A stretch of 64,000 bases of DNA from an uncultured virus (IMG/VR IMGVR_UViG_3300006072_000005) (IMGVR_UViG_3300006072_000005); one strand, 5' to 3'. Positions 1-9,944 are shown, counted from the first letter of the stretch. Notes: generated by a model not told the origin, from the letters alone. Numbers and translations are program-made.

Positions 1-951
1 ATCGTAATCATCACTGTCGCCTTTCTTTTGAGTAAACAATTGGCCTTTGTATTTAGGATCACGCCATTTAGCAGATTCTTCCATGTCTTCATAATCTTTA
101 GGATCATGTTCTTCATAGTGATAATGCTCTAGTGCTTCTTGATGACTCCAACCGTATTTTCGCATTAGGTGACGAATCTTTTTCTCTTCATCATCATCGT
201 GATGAGCGTTTTCTTTTACATCTTTTTTAGACATTTTTTCACTTTTGCGGCTCATTGATTTTTGTTTAACTTCTTCGTACATTGCTGAAAGTTTATTAAC
301 TAGACTTTCATCAAAATTACTTGGTTCACGTAATGGGTTAGTTCCAACTGCACGTTGAATAGGACTAATCTTACCCTTACTATTCATATCATCTCCGCTG
401 AATGTTACAGCATCTACACCGTGAACATGATGACCTGCTGATCCTTGAGCACTATTACCGTAAGTTTCTTCATCGTCGTCAAATTCTTCTTCCATACCAC
501 GTTCATCTGTTGTAAGAGGACTCATATCGCTTTGTCCTTCTTCGGCAGACATACTTGCAACCATATCACCCATCATAGGCTCTTCATGATCGTGTTCGCT
601 GGAATCTTTACCAATGATCATAGCTGGTTCTTTTTCGCTTGAACCATTTTCAATATTACGTAGAATACTCATCAGATCTTTAATACCGCCAGATCCTTGA
701 CCAGACATAGTAACATTCATCGAAACATTGTCCTGTTGACTTTGTTGGGCATGTGCAATCATTGGAAGTGGGCCTTCACCACATTCTTCAACACTTTCCT
801 CTTTTGGTTTCTGAGCCGCTAACTGATTTTTACGTTGTTGCATATAAAGGTCAAATTTAGCACCTTCTGGTCCTTGACCACCGTAATGATTTGGTGGCTC
901 AACACCTTCTTCAATCTTTTTTAATTTTGCCATTAAATCGTATAGTTGCAT
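1..951 (-). CDS. Hypothetical acidic protein, possibly an internal head protein; 3' end truncated by the window edge
   Basis: Missing from the ORF track because its stop lies outside the window. Read manually: ATG at 951 overlaps the upstream stop (TAATG) and the frame stays open to base 1 (MQLYDLMAKLKKIEEGVEPP...GDSDDYD). E/D/H-rich. Confidence 0.8.
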   Translation of the reverse strand, partial: MQLYDLMAKLKKIEEGVEPPNHYGGQGPEGAKFDLYMQQRKNQLAAQKPKEESVEECGEGPLPMIAHAQQSQQDNVSMNVTMSGQGSGGIKDLMSILRNIENGSSEKEPAMIIGKDSSEHDHEEPMMGDMVASMSAEEGQSDMSPLTTDERGMEEEFDDDEETYGNSAQGSAGHHVHGVDAVTFSGDDMNSKGKISPIQRAVGTNPLREPSNFDESLVNKLSAMYEEVKQKSMSRKSEKMSKKDVKENAHHDDDEEKKIRHLMRKYGWSHQEALEHYHYEEHDPKDYEDMEESAKWRDPKYKGQLFTQKKGDSDDYD

Positions 952-1586
952 TATTTTGTCCCCTTAGGCAATTTAGGGAGTTTATTTTGTTTAGTACCAA
1001 TGGTACTAGTTGTCCCTGGTTTGTTTGTGTTAAATTCTTTAACTTTTCTATATTCTTCTGCGACACCTGGCATTTTTTCAGCAAGAATTTGATCATTAAA
1101 TCCTTTAACTTGTGTCATGTTGTGTTTTTCTTTACCTAGTTCTTTTAACAAGTCATACTTGTATTTGTCGTTAACTAGGTCGCTGTGATCACTAGGATCT
1201 TGAGTAGTTCCGCCAACTGCTTTACCAGTTTTTTCATCGTGTTCGTGATTAATTTCGTGTTCACGTTCTTCCCACATGTTGCGTACAATTACGTGGCTGT
1301 GGGTAACGCCTAGGCCAGTTGCAACCATATCGCGAATTTGTAAACTAGTTGCAGGATAATCTGTAGTAACATCGTAGATAGTCATACCAACATTTTTGTG
1401 CTCTGGAAATTCGCTGTGACGTTCTTGAATTGGTGTTGTAATTCCTTTATTAACTTTAGTAACGTGGAATTGGCTCAAAGAGCCTTTGATTTGCTCAACA
1501 GCATTATCTGGGTGATCTCCAGCAATTTTTACTTTAAATTCGTAAACTTTTTTGCTTTCGGTCAAATATTCTTTGTATGATTTCAT
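951..1586 (-). CDS. Hypothetical protein with a T4 capsid-targeting-like N-terminus (putative internal head protein)
   Basis: 211 aa starting MKSYKEYLTE, like the T4 internal-protein targeting peptide MKTYQEFIAE; upstream TAAATA and AGGA SD. Confidence 0.6.
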   Translation of the reverse strand: MKSYKEYLTESKKVYEFKVKIAGDHPDNAVEQIKGSLSQFHVTKVNKGITTPIQERHSEFPEHKNVGMTIYDVTTDYPATSLQIRDMVATGLGVTHSHVIVRNMWEEREHEINHEHDEKTGKAVGGTTQDPSDHSDLVNDKYKYDLLKELGKEKHNMTQVKGFNDQILAEKMPGVAEEYRKVKEFNTNKPGTTSTIGTKQNKLPKLPKGTK

Positions 1587-1607
1587 AGTCTGATCCTAGT
1601 ACTATAT

Positions 1608-2090
1608 TTATTTTAAATTCTTTAATTTCTCTAACAAGCTATTACGATCCGAAATAATGACTCCATCGCCTGGAATCGTAACACCTTCATCATGACCGTT
1701 AGTATCTTGGTCTAACTTTTGTTTCTTGAGCTGTAGATCAATCATCTTTAGCTTTTTATCTAATTTGGCACTTTTAGCACTGATAGCGTGTCCTAACATA
1801 CCTGCGGCTACTTCAAACAATCTGGCACTGTATCTAGCTTCAACGTTCATGCCTAAATCCATGATATCTTCGTAGGCATCTTTTGCTTTTTGTGCTAGTT
1901 CGTCCAGTTCATTATCGGCAATATCGCCTAGACCTTTTACCGCTGGTAACGCGGCTGAGATTTTATCAAACTCACTCATGTCGCGAAGGAATGGCTGAGC
2001 AAGTTCAGCTTTGGCTTGTGCTTTTTCTTCCTGTTTAACGATTTTTTTACTATCGGGAAGATTTAGGATTTCTTCAAGTTTTTTAGTCAT
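1608..2090 (-). CDS. Putative terminase small subunit (gp16-like)
   Basis: 160 aa, helical; ARLFEVAAGML and C-terminal DRNSLLEKL loosely resemble T4 gp16 (PRHMEVFATLM...SPTELMDEI); lies next to gp4. Confidence 0.45.
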   Translation of the reverse strand: MTKKLEEILNLPDSKKIVKQEEKAQAKAELAQPFLRDMSEFDKISAALPAVKGLGDIADNELDELAQKAKDAYEDIMDLGMNVEARYSARLFEVAAGMLGHAISAKSAKLDKKLKMIDLQLKKQKLDQDTNGHDEGVTIPGDGVIISDRNSLLEKLKNLK

Positions 2091-2104
2091 ACTATTACTT
2101 ATGC

Positions 2105-2533
2105 TTAAACTTGACTGAAGATATCATTTTCATTAAGGATACGAAATTTAATACCTTGTTGTTTACACCATAGTCCAGCGGCAGCCCATTTGGCTTGATT
2201 TTTAACAAACTGTGCTTGGTTGTACTTGTTCTTGCCCACACGTTCTAGTATAGTTTGGCTAGCTGGTTTAATTTCAATTAGTTCTGTAAGGACATGATTA
2301 TGTCGGTCTACATACTGTATAAAAAAATCAGGAACATAAACTGTTTGTCTATCAGTTAGCGGATCTCTATAAGGAATCTGCACAGCTTCACTTGCCCATT
2401 TTTGCACATTTTCGTTGTTGTCGCAGAAATTCATAAAACTCCATTCCCAACTCGATCTGTAAGTAGGCGTTTTAGTACCTACATACTTTTCTGGATGTTT
2501 CATGGTGAATTTTCCACGTGCAAATTTAGCCAT
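2105..2533 (-). CDS. gp4: Head completion nuclease (T4 gp4-like, TnsA-type PD-(D/E)xK fold)
   Basis: KHPEKYVG, YRSSWE..FM.FCD, WASE, YVPDF, IEIKP and NQAKWAAA motifs. Confidence 0.9.
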   Translation of the reverse strand: MAKFARGKFTMKHPEKYVGTKTPTYRSSWEWSFMNFCDNNENVQKWASEAVQIPYRDPLTDRQTVYVPDFFIQYVDRHNHVLTELIEIKPASQTILERVGKNKYNQAQFVKNQAKWAAAGLWCKQQGIKFRILNENDIFSQV

Positions 2534-2534
2534 A

Positions 2535-2900
2535 TTATACTAATATGTTACGTGATTCAAACGTGTCAGTAACTTGAGCAGTTCTAAAACCTAATAGACT
2601 GGTTTTTTCTCTGTAAGCATTTAATACCTGTGCAACCACTTGGCTAAGTTGCACATCAGTTAAACTTTTTAGTTTATCTAACAAACTAAACACACTGACG
2701 TTTTCTACTCTAGATTGATTTAATAATATAATTGCCGTACTACTTGCACCTGCATAATCAAAACCACGCTTGACAAAAAATGCGATTGTTGCGTCGATCT
2801 CTGCCGCTGGAAAACTTACAGGAGTATTATAATACGTATCAAAAAATGTTTTAACATTTGTTGGTCCGCTTTGTGTTGCCGAAGGTAAATTTCCTATCAT
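2535..2900 (-). CDS. Hypothetical protein
   Basis: 121-aa ORF tightly packed between the gp54-like gene and gp4. Confidence 0.75.
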   Translation of the reverse strand: MIGNLPSATQSGPTNVKTFFDTYYNTPVSFPAAEIDATIAFFVKRGFDYAGASSTAIILLNQSRVENVSVFSLLDKLKSLTDVQLSQVVAQVLNAYREKTSLLGFRTAQVTDTFESRNILV

Positions 2901-2903
2901 ATA

Positions 2904-3899
2904 TTATCCTCCTGGTTTTTGTTGGGTAGCTTGGGTTGTGTTATCGTTATCGTTACTTTGTGGAAAGTTGTAACCACTCAACCCACCTGCATTATTATTG
3001 GAAGTTGAATCAATAATTCCCATAGTACCATTCGAATTAATTGGTTGTTGTGTGTTTTGATAGGAATTAATCTGTGTAATCACACTGTCAAGGAAACTTG
3101 CCGCATTGCCCTTAACATTTAAAGATTCTACAAAACTGGGATTTGGCACACTAGGATCTGGATTGATACCTTTTAAAGAACTCGGACTGTGATCATAATG
3201 CCCTTCTCCGAATCCTTCGGGGCTATCTTCGGATACTGCTCCTACACTATAACTTACAGCTTCATATTTGATTTTCATATCAAAATCATGCGTACCTGGC
3301 TGACTGTAATCTAATTTATTATGATTCCAACTAGTGATAATAGGATTAGCTAGGGTATATTGTACATATTCGTGTCTAGCCATTTGATAAATCTTAATGT
3401 ACTTAAAAAAAGGAACTGTACTACCGTTGTCTAATCCGTATGCTGTCGGAATATAATTTGCGTTTTTAGTGGCAGTTCTATTGTATGCTCCGGGTATAGT
3501 TGCACTAGTTGGATCAGCATAATAATAGTTGTAATAATTTTGCCACAGGGCATTAATCAGTCCCATATTATCATCATGAAATTTTATTCCAAGTTCCATG
3601 GGTTCATGTATGAACTGAATATTTTTCTTTCTGTTGTATTGATTTGCCATGTCAGTCTTGACTGTGAAATGGGGTAAATCAACACTTTTAACCATCAAGT
3701 TAATTTCTTTTCCGTAACGCTGTACTAAATTTAAATTATAAACTGTAGAATTATCGATGCCAAATGCAACATGGAATAAAAATTTACTTTTAGGCGCTAA
3801 TCTGAATTGATCAGTTACAAAGGTGTTATAGGCGTGGCGCCAATCTTTAAAAAAAAGATGGTTACTTGCTTGTAAATTACGGTTAGATGTAAAGCTCAT
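2904..3899 (-). CDS. Tail tube-like protein / baseplate-tail tube initiator (gp54/gp19 family)
   Basis: LMVKSVDLP, NQYNRK, IKFHDD, YTLANPIITSW and LDYS tube-fold motifs; follows the tail tube gene. Confidence 0.7.
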   Translation of the reverse strand: MSFTSNRNLQASNHLFFKDWRHAYNTFVTDQFRLAPKSKFLFHVAFGIDNSTVYNLNLVQRYGKEINLMVKSVDLPHFTVKTDMANQYNRKKNIQFIHEPMELGIKFHDDNMGLINALWQNYYNYYYADPTSATIPGAYNRTATKNANYIPTAYGLDNGSTVPFFKYIKIYQMARHEYVQYTLANPIITSWNHNKLDYSQPGTHDFDMKIKYEAVSYSVGAVSEDSPEGFGEGHYDHSPSSLKGINPDPSVPNPSFVESLNVKGNAASFLDSVITQINSYQNTQQPINSNGTMGIIDSTSNNNAGGLSGYNFPQSNDNDNTTQATQQKPGG

Positions 3900-3945
3900 A
3901 GTATTATTTATTTAAATAATTAACTACGTACATAATGAATAGTCA

Positions 3946-3975
3946 ATAAAAAGCCTACGTGTGTAGGCATTTTTA
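3946..3975 (-). terminator. Rho-independent terminator after the tail tube gene
   Basis: Minus strand GCCTAC-ACAC-GTAGGC followed by TTTTTATT. Confidence 0.7.
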
Positions 3976-4611
3976 TTATGAACCTAATGCGTTATGACCG
4001 CTACTTGCACCTGATTTTTGTACAGATTTAGGAGCACCAATTGCAGGAACTGGATCAGTTTGTACTGCATTATCAAACTGGATTGTTAGATCAATCATTA
4101 CAGGACCTTGCTCGCTGTATTTTAAATCTTGCCAGTTAGTTTGTTGTACATAACATCCATACAATTCCCAAGTTTCTAAAACGTTAGGAACATTAGAACC
4201 GTTACCGCCGTCTAACATTTCAATACGCATTGTAAACTTGTAATCACCAGCCGCTGCCGCTGAACTTTGTTCAAAAAAGTCAAACTGTTTCTGGTTCTGC
4301 TCACCGACCAATTTGCTAACTGCACCAGTAACATCATCACGCAATTTAACTGTAAGTGCTTTCCACTTAGGTTTGCCAGCATAATGAATAATACTGTTGT
4401 AGATATCGATCTTTTGATCTTCAAATTCAACTTGTGGACGAGCCGCTTCAGCAACTTGTTTTGTTAGTTCTGTTGTTGGAGTACTTACACCAAAGTTTTC
4501 AAAGTTAATTCTAAAACGATACTTCAACTTAGGCATTAGCATGCCCTGTGAAGCCGCACTTTGATCACTTGCTAGTGGTACTGTAAAATTTGATAGTGCC
4601 GCGATTGCCAT
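3976..4611 (-). CDS. gp19: Tail tube protein (T4 gp19-like)
   Basis: PKLKYRFR, HYAGKPKW..LTVKLRDD, ETWELYGC and IDLTIQFDNA; directly downstream of the sheath gene. Confidence 0.9.
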   Translation of the reverse strand: MAIAALSNFTVPLASDQSAASQGMLMPKLKYRFRINFENFGVSTPTTELTKQVAEAARPQVEFEDQKIDIYNSIIHYAGKPKWKALTVKLRDDVTGAVSKLVGEQNQKQFDFFEQSSAAAAGDYKFTMRIEMLDGGNGSNVPNVLETWELYGCYVQQTNWQDLKYSEQGPVMIDLTIQFDNAVQTDPVPAIGAPKSVQKSGASSGHNALGS

Positions 4612-4622
4612 TTAATTTCTCC

Positions 4623-7600
4623 TTATTTGCCACTTAAACCGGCAATTGCGCCAGTATTTTCAAGACGTAATGGAATGTAGATGAATTCCACAGACTTAAC
4701 TGGTTCGATTGCAATGTCAACATACAACTCATTAGCATCAATTCTGCTTGGAGTATTGTTTGAAGTGTCGCATACAACAATATAATCGTACAGGGCACGT
4801 TCAGCTGTTAGGTTAAGCAACAATTTTTCAATTTCTTGTTTAATTTCGTTACGTGTAATTGTATCATTTGGTTCAAATACATATGGTTTAGAAATGGCGT
4901 TCAACTGGTAACGTAAGTAAATTACTAAACGTGCTACATTGATACGATTTAAACTGCTTGCGACTAAACTACGAGTATATTGTCCGTATGCTACAAGTCC
5001 AACACCGCCAATGTATGTTATTGGGTTAACTTGTATTGTGGCTAATGTGTTACGTTGCCCAGTATTCAATGCGATAGGATTAAACACACCAGTTTGTGCA
5101 GTTACATAACCTACACTACTTGCATTTGTTACACCACCACGACGTACACCTGCTGGTGCAAACCAAGGATAAGCAACATTATCGCTTAATGCGATTGTAC
5201 GCAACATGATATGACTTGGAGGAACAACGATGTCATTACCGTATAAGTCTGTTGTATAGCCCCATGGATAATATACACCAGTATTTGCATCTGTTGTAAC
5301 TAGACCAACTTCGCCATCGCCTGTTGCATTATTTGTATTATTACCCCAGTTACTTAAACTTGTTGCATCGTTTGGTAAACGTGCAGGAGCATCTGCTACA
5401 ATAAATGATAGTAATCCACGACCAGTATTTAAATTAACCAATGCGGATGTTGTTTCTAAATATCCTGGGCAACTTAATAAGTTAAATGTAACACTATCTT
5501 CGTTACGAATTTGTTGATTAGCGTTAATTGTAGCATTTAAAGCCGCTACAACAACAGCACGTTGAGCTTTACGACCAAACACGCCCACACCTAAATAATC
5601 ATTAGCGGCATCTGTTACCCAACGATCTGGATAATAGTAAGTCATTACTGGGTTACCGGTAACGCTTGTATTATAGGCTTGTGTGTTTACATAACCTGAA
5701 ACGTACTTTTTAACGTTAAAACTGCTACGGCGTAGATTATACAACAAAGTTCCCTTTGGATATAATTGTGCGTTTGGAGCGTCAAAGTCAACAAAGTCGC
5801 TTGATAATAATAATGCAATCGAATCCAGTGTATCAGCACCAGTTTTTACAGTATTTGCATTTAATGTTTCATCGCTCCAACGTGCATCGGCAAATATGAT
5901 ACCATTACTAGTTGTGTGATCTGTGTTGTTAATCAATACCCATGCTTTTGTTAAGAAATTCCAACGATAAATTGTTGGCCATGCTTCTAAATTACTTGAA
6001 TTAATCCACAAATCACCATGTTGTAGTACACCGCCTGTACTGTTAGTAGTTGGTTGTGTTGAACTAATGATTGGACCGTTAGCATCAGTTTGTGTATAAT
6101 TATTTGTATATCCAACACCCTGGTTAACAACAACTTTACCAGCAGTTGAAGTATAACCTCTCCAATGTGTACCATCATTGATTAAAATATCTACATCAGT
6201 GATTGAACTATTATACCATAATTGTCCGTTAACTGGTAATGTTGAAGGTGCTGTTGCACTAGGTGTAACCAATGCAGTACCGCTACTATTGGCTGCCGCC
6301 CATGCAGTAATGATATAGTAGTTTGCTGTTCCGGATGGATCAGCATAAAATTCATTATTAGTTCCTACAGTAAATATTTTACCAATAGGTAAATTAGTAC
6401 CGTCTTGGATTCTAATGTCACCGCCTTGCGTATGGGTAATTGTAACTTGATTTGTACTTGTTACAGTTGCCACAACGTTTGCCAATGGAACTACTGCTGT
6501 GTTAATTGCGGCTGCCAATGCGTTTGCATCAGAGCTAGCACTGCCAGTTGTTGTAAAACTAACTGTTACATAACTTGGTAATGTTGCTGAACCAACTTGG
6601 CTAGATGAAAGAGCAAATGTAAATGAGCTTGAACCAAATGTACTATTTGTTATAATAGCACTAGTTGAACTTGTTATACCTGTTGATAAACGTTGATAAA
6701 TTTTGTAATTTACATAAGTTGGATTTGTGATTTCATCATCGTTATATTTTACATATACTTGTCCAACTGGAATATTAATACCGCCGCCTGTTGGATCTAA
6801 TGTTGCCATTGCCGCTTGATTGCTTGCAAATAACTGACCTACAGCTTGACGAATCCAACTTGCTGTTGTTGAATTATATAGTTCGATGTCAAAATTAGCA
6901 CCTTGGTTTACTGGAGTTGTTTTAATCCAGATAGAACCAGTTGGGTAACCGTTAACACTACCTGAATTTGTATAAGAACCATAGTTAGGAACTTGATAGT
7001 GTGGAGCAATAGTCACTGTAGGAGCATAGTATGTCCCAGCGGCAATAATTTTGTTTGTACTGGTTAGTGTACCACTTAATACAATGTTAGCACCTGTTGA
7101 ATATAAATTCAAATAACCGTTGATTACACTTGCTGTTACACCAGATACATGTGAACCTAATGCTGTTACTAATCCAGCGTATGTTGTTGCACCAGTTACT
7201 GTGTATCCATTAACAATTAATGTATCGCTACTACTAACTGTTGCGGCTGTGGATGCTACTGTACTTGTAGCAGTTGGCATACTTGCGGCCCAAGCTGTTG
7301 AACCAACTTGTACCCATGTGCCAGCTGTGCTTGCGGCGGCGGATGCTCCACCTGTGCCGTCGTTGGCAGTATTATATTGTTTGTACCATAACTGAGCTAG
7401 TGTTGTAGCTGTTACAACTGCATAACTACCGACAGCACCAAAACTTGGATTTGGAGCAAAAGTTCCAGTATTGTATAGACCAGATCCTGCGTTAATTACT
7501 GCTGGATTTTGTACTACAAAACTTTGACCGTTAGTTGCTGTAACTGCACTTGCGTTCCATTGGAAAACACCAAAACTTGTTGTTGCAGTATCCCACCAGT

Positions 7601-8006
7601 ATGTACCATTTGATGGAAGTCCTACTGGAACTGATGCTGAACCAATTAATTGACTTGTATCAACATTGGCACGAACAACGTATGCTTGACTGCTAACACC
7701 TAAGAAACTGTAAGCGGCTTGTAGACCGTATTCATTAATTTCGCTTGCATTGATAGGATTGTTGCTAGCATCTGTTTGAAAGTATGGTACACCAAATGTT
7801 GCGCCTAAGTCTGCTTGACTTGTCAACAGGTATACGTTTCCAGCATTTGCCGCTAGTGTGCCTGGAGCAATACCTGTTCCAGCTGAATTCATTTTGTTTG
7901 CTTGAGTAGCAACTACGATAAGGGGTACGGTACCTGGTGCAGAAGGCGTGTAGAACGATTCGTTAACTACGGTTACGCTAATTCCAGGTGAACTTAATTG
8001 AGCCAT
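4623..8006 (-). CDS. gp18: Tail sheath protein (T4 gp18-like), ~1127 aa with large insertions
   Basis: Start revised to ATG 8006 (MAQLSSPGISVTVVNES), with GGAGA SD and an upstream ATAAATA; C-terminal YPWFAPAGVRRG, LNRINVARL, VFEPND, CDTSNNTP and IEPVKSVEFIYI. Confidence 0.95.
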   Translation of the reverse strand: MAQLSSPGISVTVVNESFYTPSAPGTVPLIVVATQANKMNSAGTGIAPGTLAANAGNVYLLTSQADLGATFGVPYFQTDASNNPINASEINEYGLQAAYSFLGVSSQAYVVRANVDTSQLIGSASVPVGLPSNGTYWWDTATTSFGVFQWNASAVTATNGQSFVVQNPAVINAGSGLYNTGTFAPNPSFGAVGSYAVVTATTLAQLWYKQYNTANDGTGGASAAASTAGTWVQVGSTAWAASMPTATSTVASTAATVSSSDTLIVNGYTVTGATTYAGLVTALGSHVSGVTASVINGYLNLYSTGANIVLSGTLTSTNKIIAAGTYYAPTVTIAPHYQVPNYGSYTNSGSVNGYPTGSIWIKTTPVNQGANFDIELYNSTTASWIRQAVGQLFASNQAAMATLDPTGGGINIPVGQVYVKYNDDEITNPTYVNYKIYQRLSTGITSSTSAIITNSTFGSSSFTFALSSSQVGSATLPSYVTVSFTTTGSASSDANALAAAINTAVVPLANVVATVTSTNQVTITHTQGGDIRIQDGTNLPIGKIFTVGTNNEFYADPSGTANYYIITAWAAANSSGTALVTPSATAPSTLPVNGQLWYNSSITDVDILINDGTHWRGYTSTAGKVVVNQGVGYTNNYTQTDANGPIISSTQPTTNSTGGVLQHGDLWINSSNLEAWPTIYRWNFLTKAWVLINNTDHTTSNGIIFADARWSDETLNANTVKTGADTLDSIALLLSSDFVDFDAPNAQLYPKGTLLYNLRRSSFNVKKYVSGYVNTQAYNTSVTGNPVMTYYYPDRWVTDAANDYLGVGVFGRKAQRAVVVAALNATINANQQIRNEDSVTFNLLSCPGYLETTSALVNLNTGRGLLSFIVADAPARLPNDATSLSNWGNNTNNATGDGEVGLVTTDANTGVYYPWGYTTDLYGNDIVVPPSHIMLRTIALSDNVAYPWFAPAGVRRGGVTNASSVGYVTAQTGVFNPIALNTGQRNTLATIQVNPITYIGGVGLVAYGQYTRSLVASSLNRINVARLVIYLRYQLNAISKPYVFEPNDTITRNEIKQEIEKLLLNLTAERALYDYIVVCDTSNNTPSRIDANELYVDIAIEPVKSVEFIYIPLRLENTGAIAGLSGK

Positions 8007-8038
8007 TGTGTTATCTCCATGAGTACATGTTCTTAATG

Positions 8039-8106
8039 TATTTATGGCATTTTGGTAAATCAATGCTTATATAAGCCTACAAAAAGGCTCTAAAAAGGCT
8101 TAAATA
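8039..8106. promoter_or_regulatory. Divergent T4-late-type (TAAATA) promoters for the sheath gene and the HNH-like gene
   Basis: Minus-strand CATAAATA at ~8039-8046 and plus-strand TAAATA at 8101-8106; direct repeat AAAAAGGCT at 8081-8089 and 8092-8100 between them. Confidence 0.6.
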
Positions 8107-8110
8107 AAAT

Positions 8111-8437
8111 ATGAGACCATTATGTTCATGCGGAAGGGCACCGGTAGCCATCAATTATTATAAAAACGGACAGACTTATTACAGAAGCCTGTGCGGTAAC
8201 TGCCTACGAGGTGTCAAACTGCCTAGATGGCAGCAGGCTGGATACAAACTAAAACATACTTGCGACAAATGCGGGTTTAAAAGCCCGCACAAAGAAGTAT
8301 TTAATGTGTTCCACATTGATGGAAATTTAGATAATTGTAAACAAACTAACTTAAAGACTGTGTGCGCCAATTGTCAACGGGTTCTTCATCGAGAAGGTGT
8401 TCAATGGCGGCAAGGGGATCTTGTTCCGGATTTATGA
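8111..8437 (+). CDS. Zn-finger / HNH-like small protein
   Basis: Cys clusters CSC, CGNC, CDKC and CANC, plus HIDGNLDN...NLKTVCANC (HNH-like). Confidence 0.7.
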   Translation: MRPLCSCGRAPVAINYYKNGQTYYRSLCGNCLRGVKLPRWQQAGYKLKHTCDKCGFKSPHKEVFNVFHIDGNLDNCKQTNLKTVCANCQRVLHREGVQWRQGDLVPDL

Positions 8438-9056
8438 GAGTTTTTACTTGAGCGTATAAATCATCAATGCTACTATCATTAGAAAACACATAATCAAACT
8501 TAGTTCCAACCCAAGCAGTTTCACTAGCATGAATTCCTAGTTTTTCCATTCTAGTTTTAGCTAGCATCCAATTTATACATTTGTCGCCAGCGTTCATATC
8601 AGCGGCATCTCGATACCAGTCGGGTTCTGGACCACGCTTTACACGAATAACAATTCCGCCGGCATCTTTAATTGATTTAATTTCATTAGGAAAACGGCAG
8701 TCACTAATAACTATGTCATCTTTTGAGTTGCGTAGTTTATTCTCTAATGAAGCAATCCAAATATCATCATGGAAAGCCTTGCGACAAACTTCGGTACCCC
8801 AGTATTGTAATACCCAGCGTGGAGTTAATTCTGGCATACTTAAACGTTCTGCCCACCACGGATCTACTTGTTCGCGCCATTCACGAGCTTGTTTAGTGCG
8901 GCCTTCCAGCATAGTACGGTCCCAACCAAACACTTGTGCCACTGCATCTTTTAATGAATTTGCAAACGATTCTCGTCTAAATCCGTGAAAGTTAGTAAGA
9001 TAATCAGCAATAGTATCCTTGCCTGATCCAATAAAACCACACACACCTATAATCAT
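8346..9056 (-). CDS. Deoxynucleoside monophosphate kinase (T4 gp1-like)
   Basis: P-loop GFIGSGKDT, SFANSLKD, TPRWVLQYWGTE, ISDCRFPNE and HASE. Confidence 0.92.
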   Translation of the reverse strand: MIIGVCGFIGSGKDTIADYLTNFHGFRRESFANSLKDAVAQVFGWDRTMLEGRTKQAREWREQVDPWWAERLSMPELTPRWVLQYWGTEVCRKAFHDDIWIASLENKLRNSKDDIVISDCRFPNEIKSIKDAGGIVIRVKRGPEPDWYRDAADMNAGDKCINWMLAKTRMEKLGIHASETAWVGTKFDYVFSNDSSIDDLYAQVKTLINPEQDPLAAIEHLLDEEPVDNWRTQSLS

Positions 9057-9078
9057 AGAGCCCCCTAATATTAGCTCT

Positions 9079-9107
9079 AGTATATAACAGTTTTATTACA
9101 AGGTCAA
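9079..9107 (-). promoter_or_regulatory. Sigma70-type (early/middle) promoter for the dNMP kinase gene
   Basis: TTGACC (9107-9102), 17-nt spacer, TATACT (9084-9079), then an AGGGGG SD. Confidence 0.75.
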
Positions 9108-9115
9108 GAAATTTC

Positions 9116-9901
9116 TTAACCAGTTATAAAGTAATAGCCCGTTCCGCCAGAAATTAGATTCTCAATCTCTTTGTCTAATTTTTCTAATTCAGCTTTTGAA
9201 TCAGTTAGCAAAGCGGTTCCATTTAAAGTAATAGGACTTCCAGGACCTGCAATGCTACCAAATTTGCTACGAGCTTCCCCTAGCATACCTTTGGCGGTGG
9301 CAAGTGCATAATCTTTTAACCATTGTTTAGCATAGACATCCTGTAGTAAAACCCAATCAGGACGATAGTTATAACTTTGAACAAGAATCTGTTCACCCTG
9401 GGCAAAAGGACGTTGTAAAATATTTAAAATATGCGTAGTTGGTTTCCATAAAAATTCAATATAGCTACCGAACATACGACCTACTAACTTTTGATATCCA
9501 GCAAACGCATCATAAGTTGCTAGACCGCCCATCATACTACCTGACATTAAATAGGTATTTGTATAGGCCAAATTAAATGGTTCAAATAATGTGCCGCCAG
9601 CACCAATACCGGTACGGGAACCGATAGCACGACGAAATACCTGACGTACCGTAATAACTTCGTCAGGTAATCTGTATTCATTTTGATCCTGTATTAGTTC
9701 TAAAAACAAATAGCTTTCTTCTACAGCATTTGGACTACGTTGACGATAGCGGTTTAATGCACGATCTAACGCAATTTCTAGATGTTTATTATCTAGCTCT
9801 ACATCAATCATGCCGTCACCCAGCATAGTTTTGATATAATCAAACACTTTATTTCGCTCTTGAGTAGAATTGCTTTGCGTACTTGATGGCAAATCGTCCA
9901 T
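9116..9901 (-). CDS. gp13: Neck protein (T4 gp13-like)
   Basis: YIKTMLG..MIDVEL and WLKDYALATAKGMLGEARSKF...TLNG; divergent from gp14. Confidence 0.88.
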   Translation of the reverse strand: MDDLPSSTQSNSTQERNKVFDYIKTMLGDGMIDVELDNKHLEIALDRALNRYRQRSPNAVEESYLFLELIQDQNEYRLPDEVITVRQVFRRAIGSRTGIGAGGTLFEPFNLAYTNTYLMSGSMMGGLATYDAFAGYQKLVGRMFGSYIEFLWKPTTHILNILQRPFAQGEQILVQSYNYRPDWVLLQDVYAKQWLKDYALATAKGMLGEARSKFGSIAGPGSPITLNGTALLTDSKAELEKLDKEIENLISGGTGYYFITG

Positions 9902-9919
9902 ATTTTTGTCCTCTTACTA

Positions 9920-9939
9920 TATTTAGCTAACGATAAATA
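9920..9939. promoter_or_regulatory. Back-to-back late promoters for gp13 and gp14
   Basis: Minus-strand TAAATA at 9920-9925 and plus-strand TAAATA at 9934-9939. Confidence 0.65.
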
Positions 9940-9944
9940 TCAAT

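Noticed and set aside
445..1580. Short plus-strand ORFs and ORF 911-1096
   Set aside because: Antisense or off-frame shadows of the two real minus-strand genes.
8007..8063. N-terminal extension of the sheath ORF given by the track
   Set aside because: It spans the late promoter and SD; the conserved MAQLSSPG start is at 8006.
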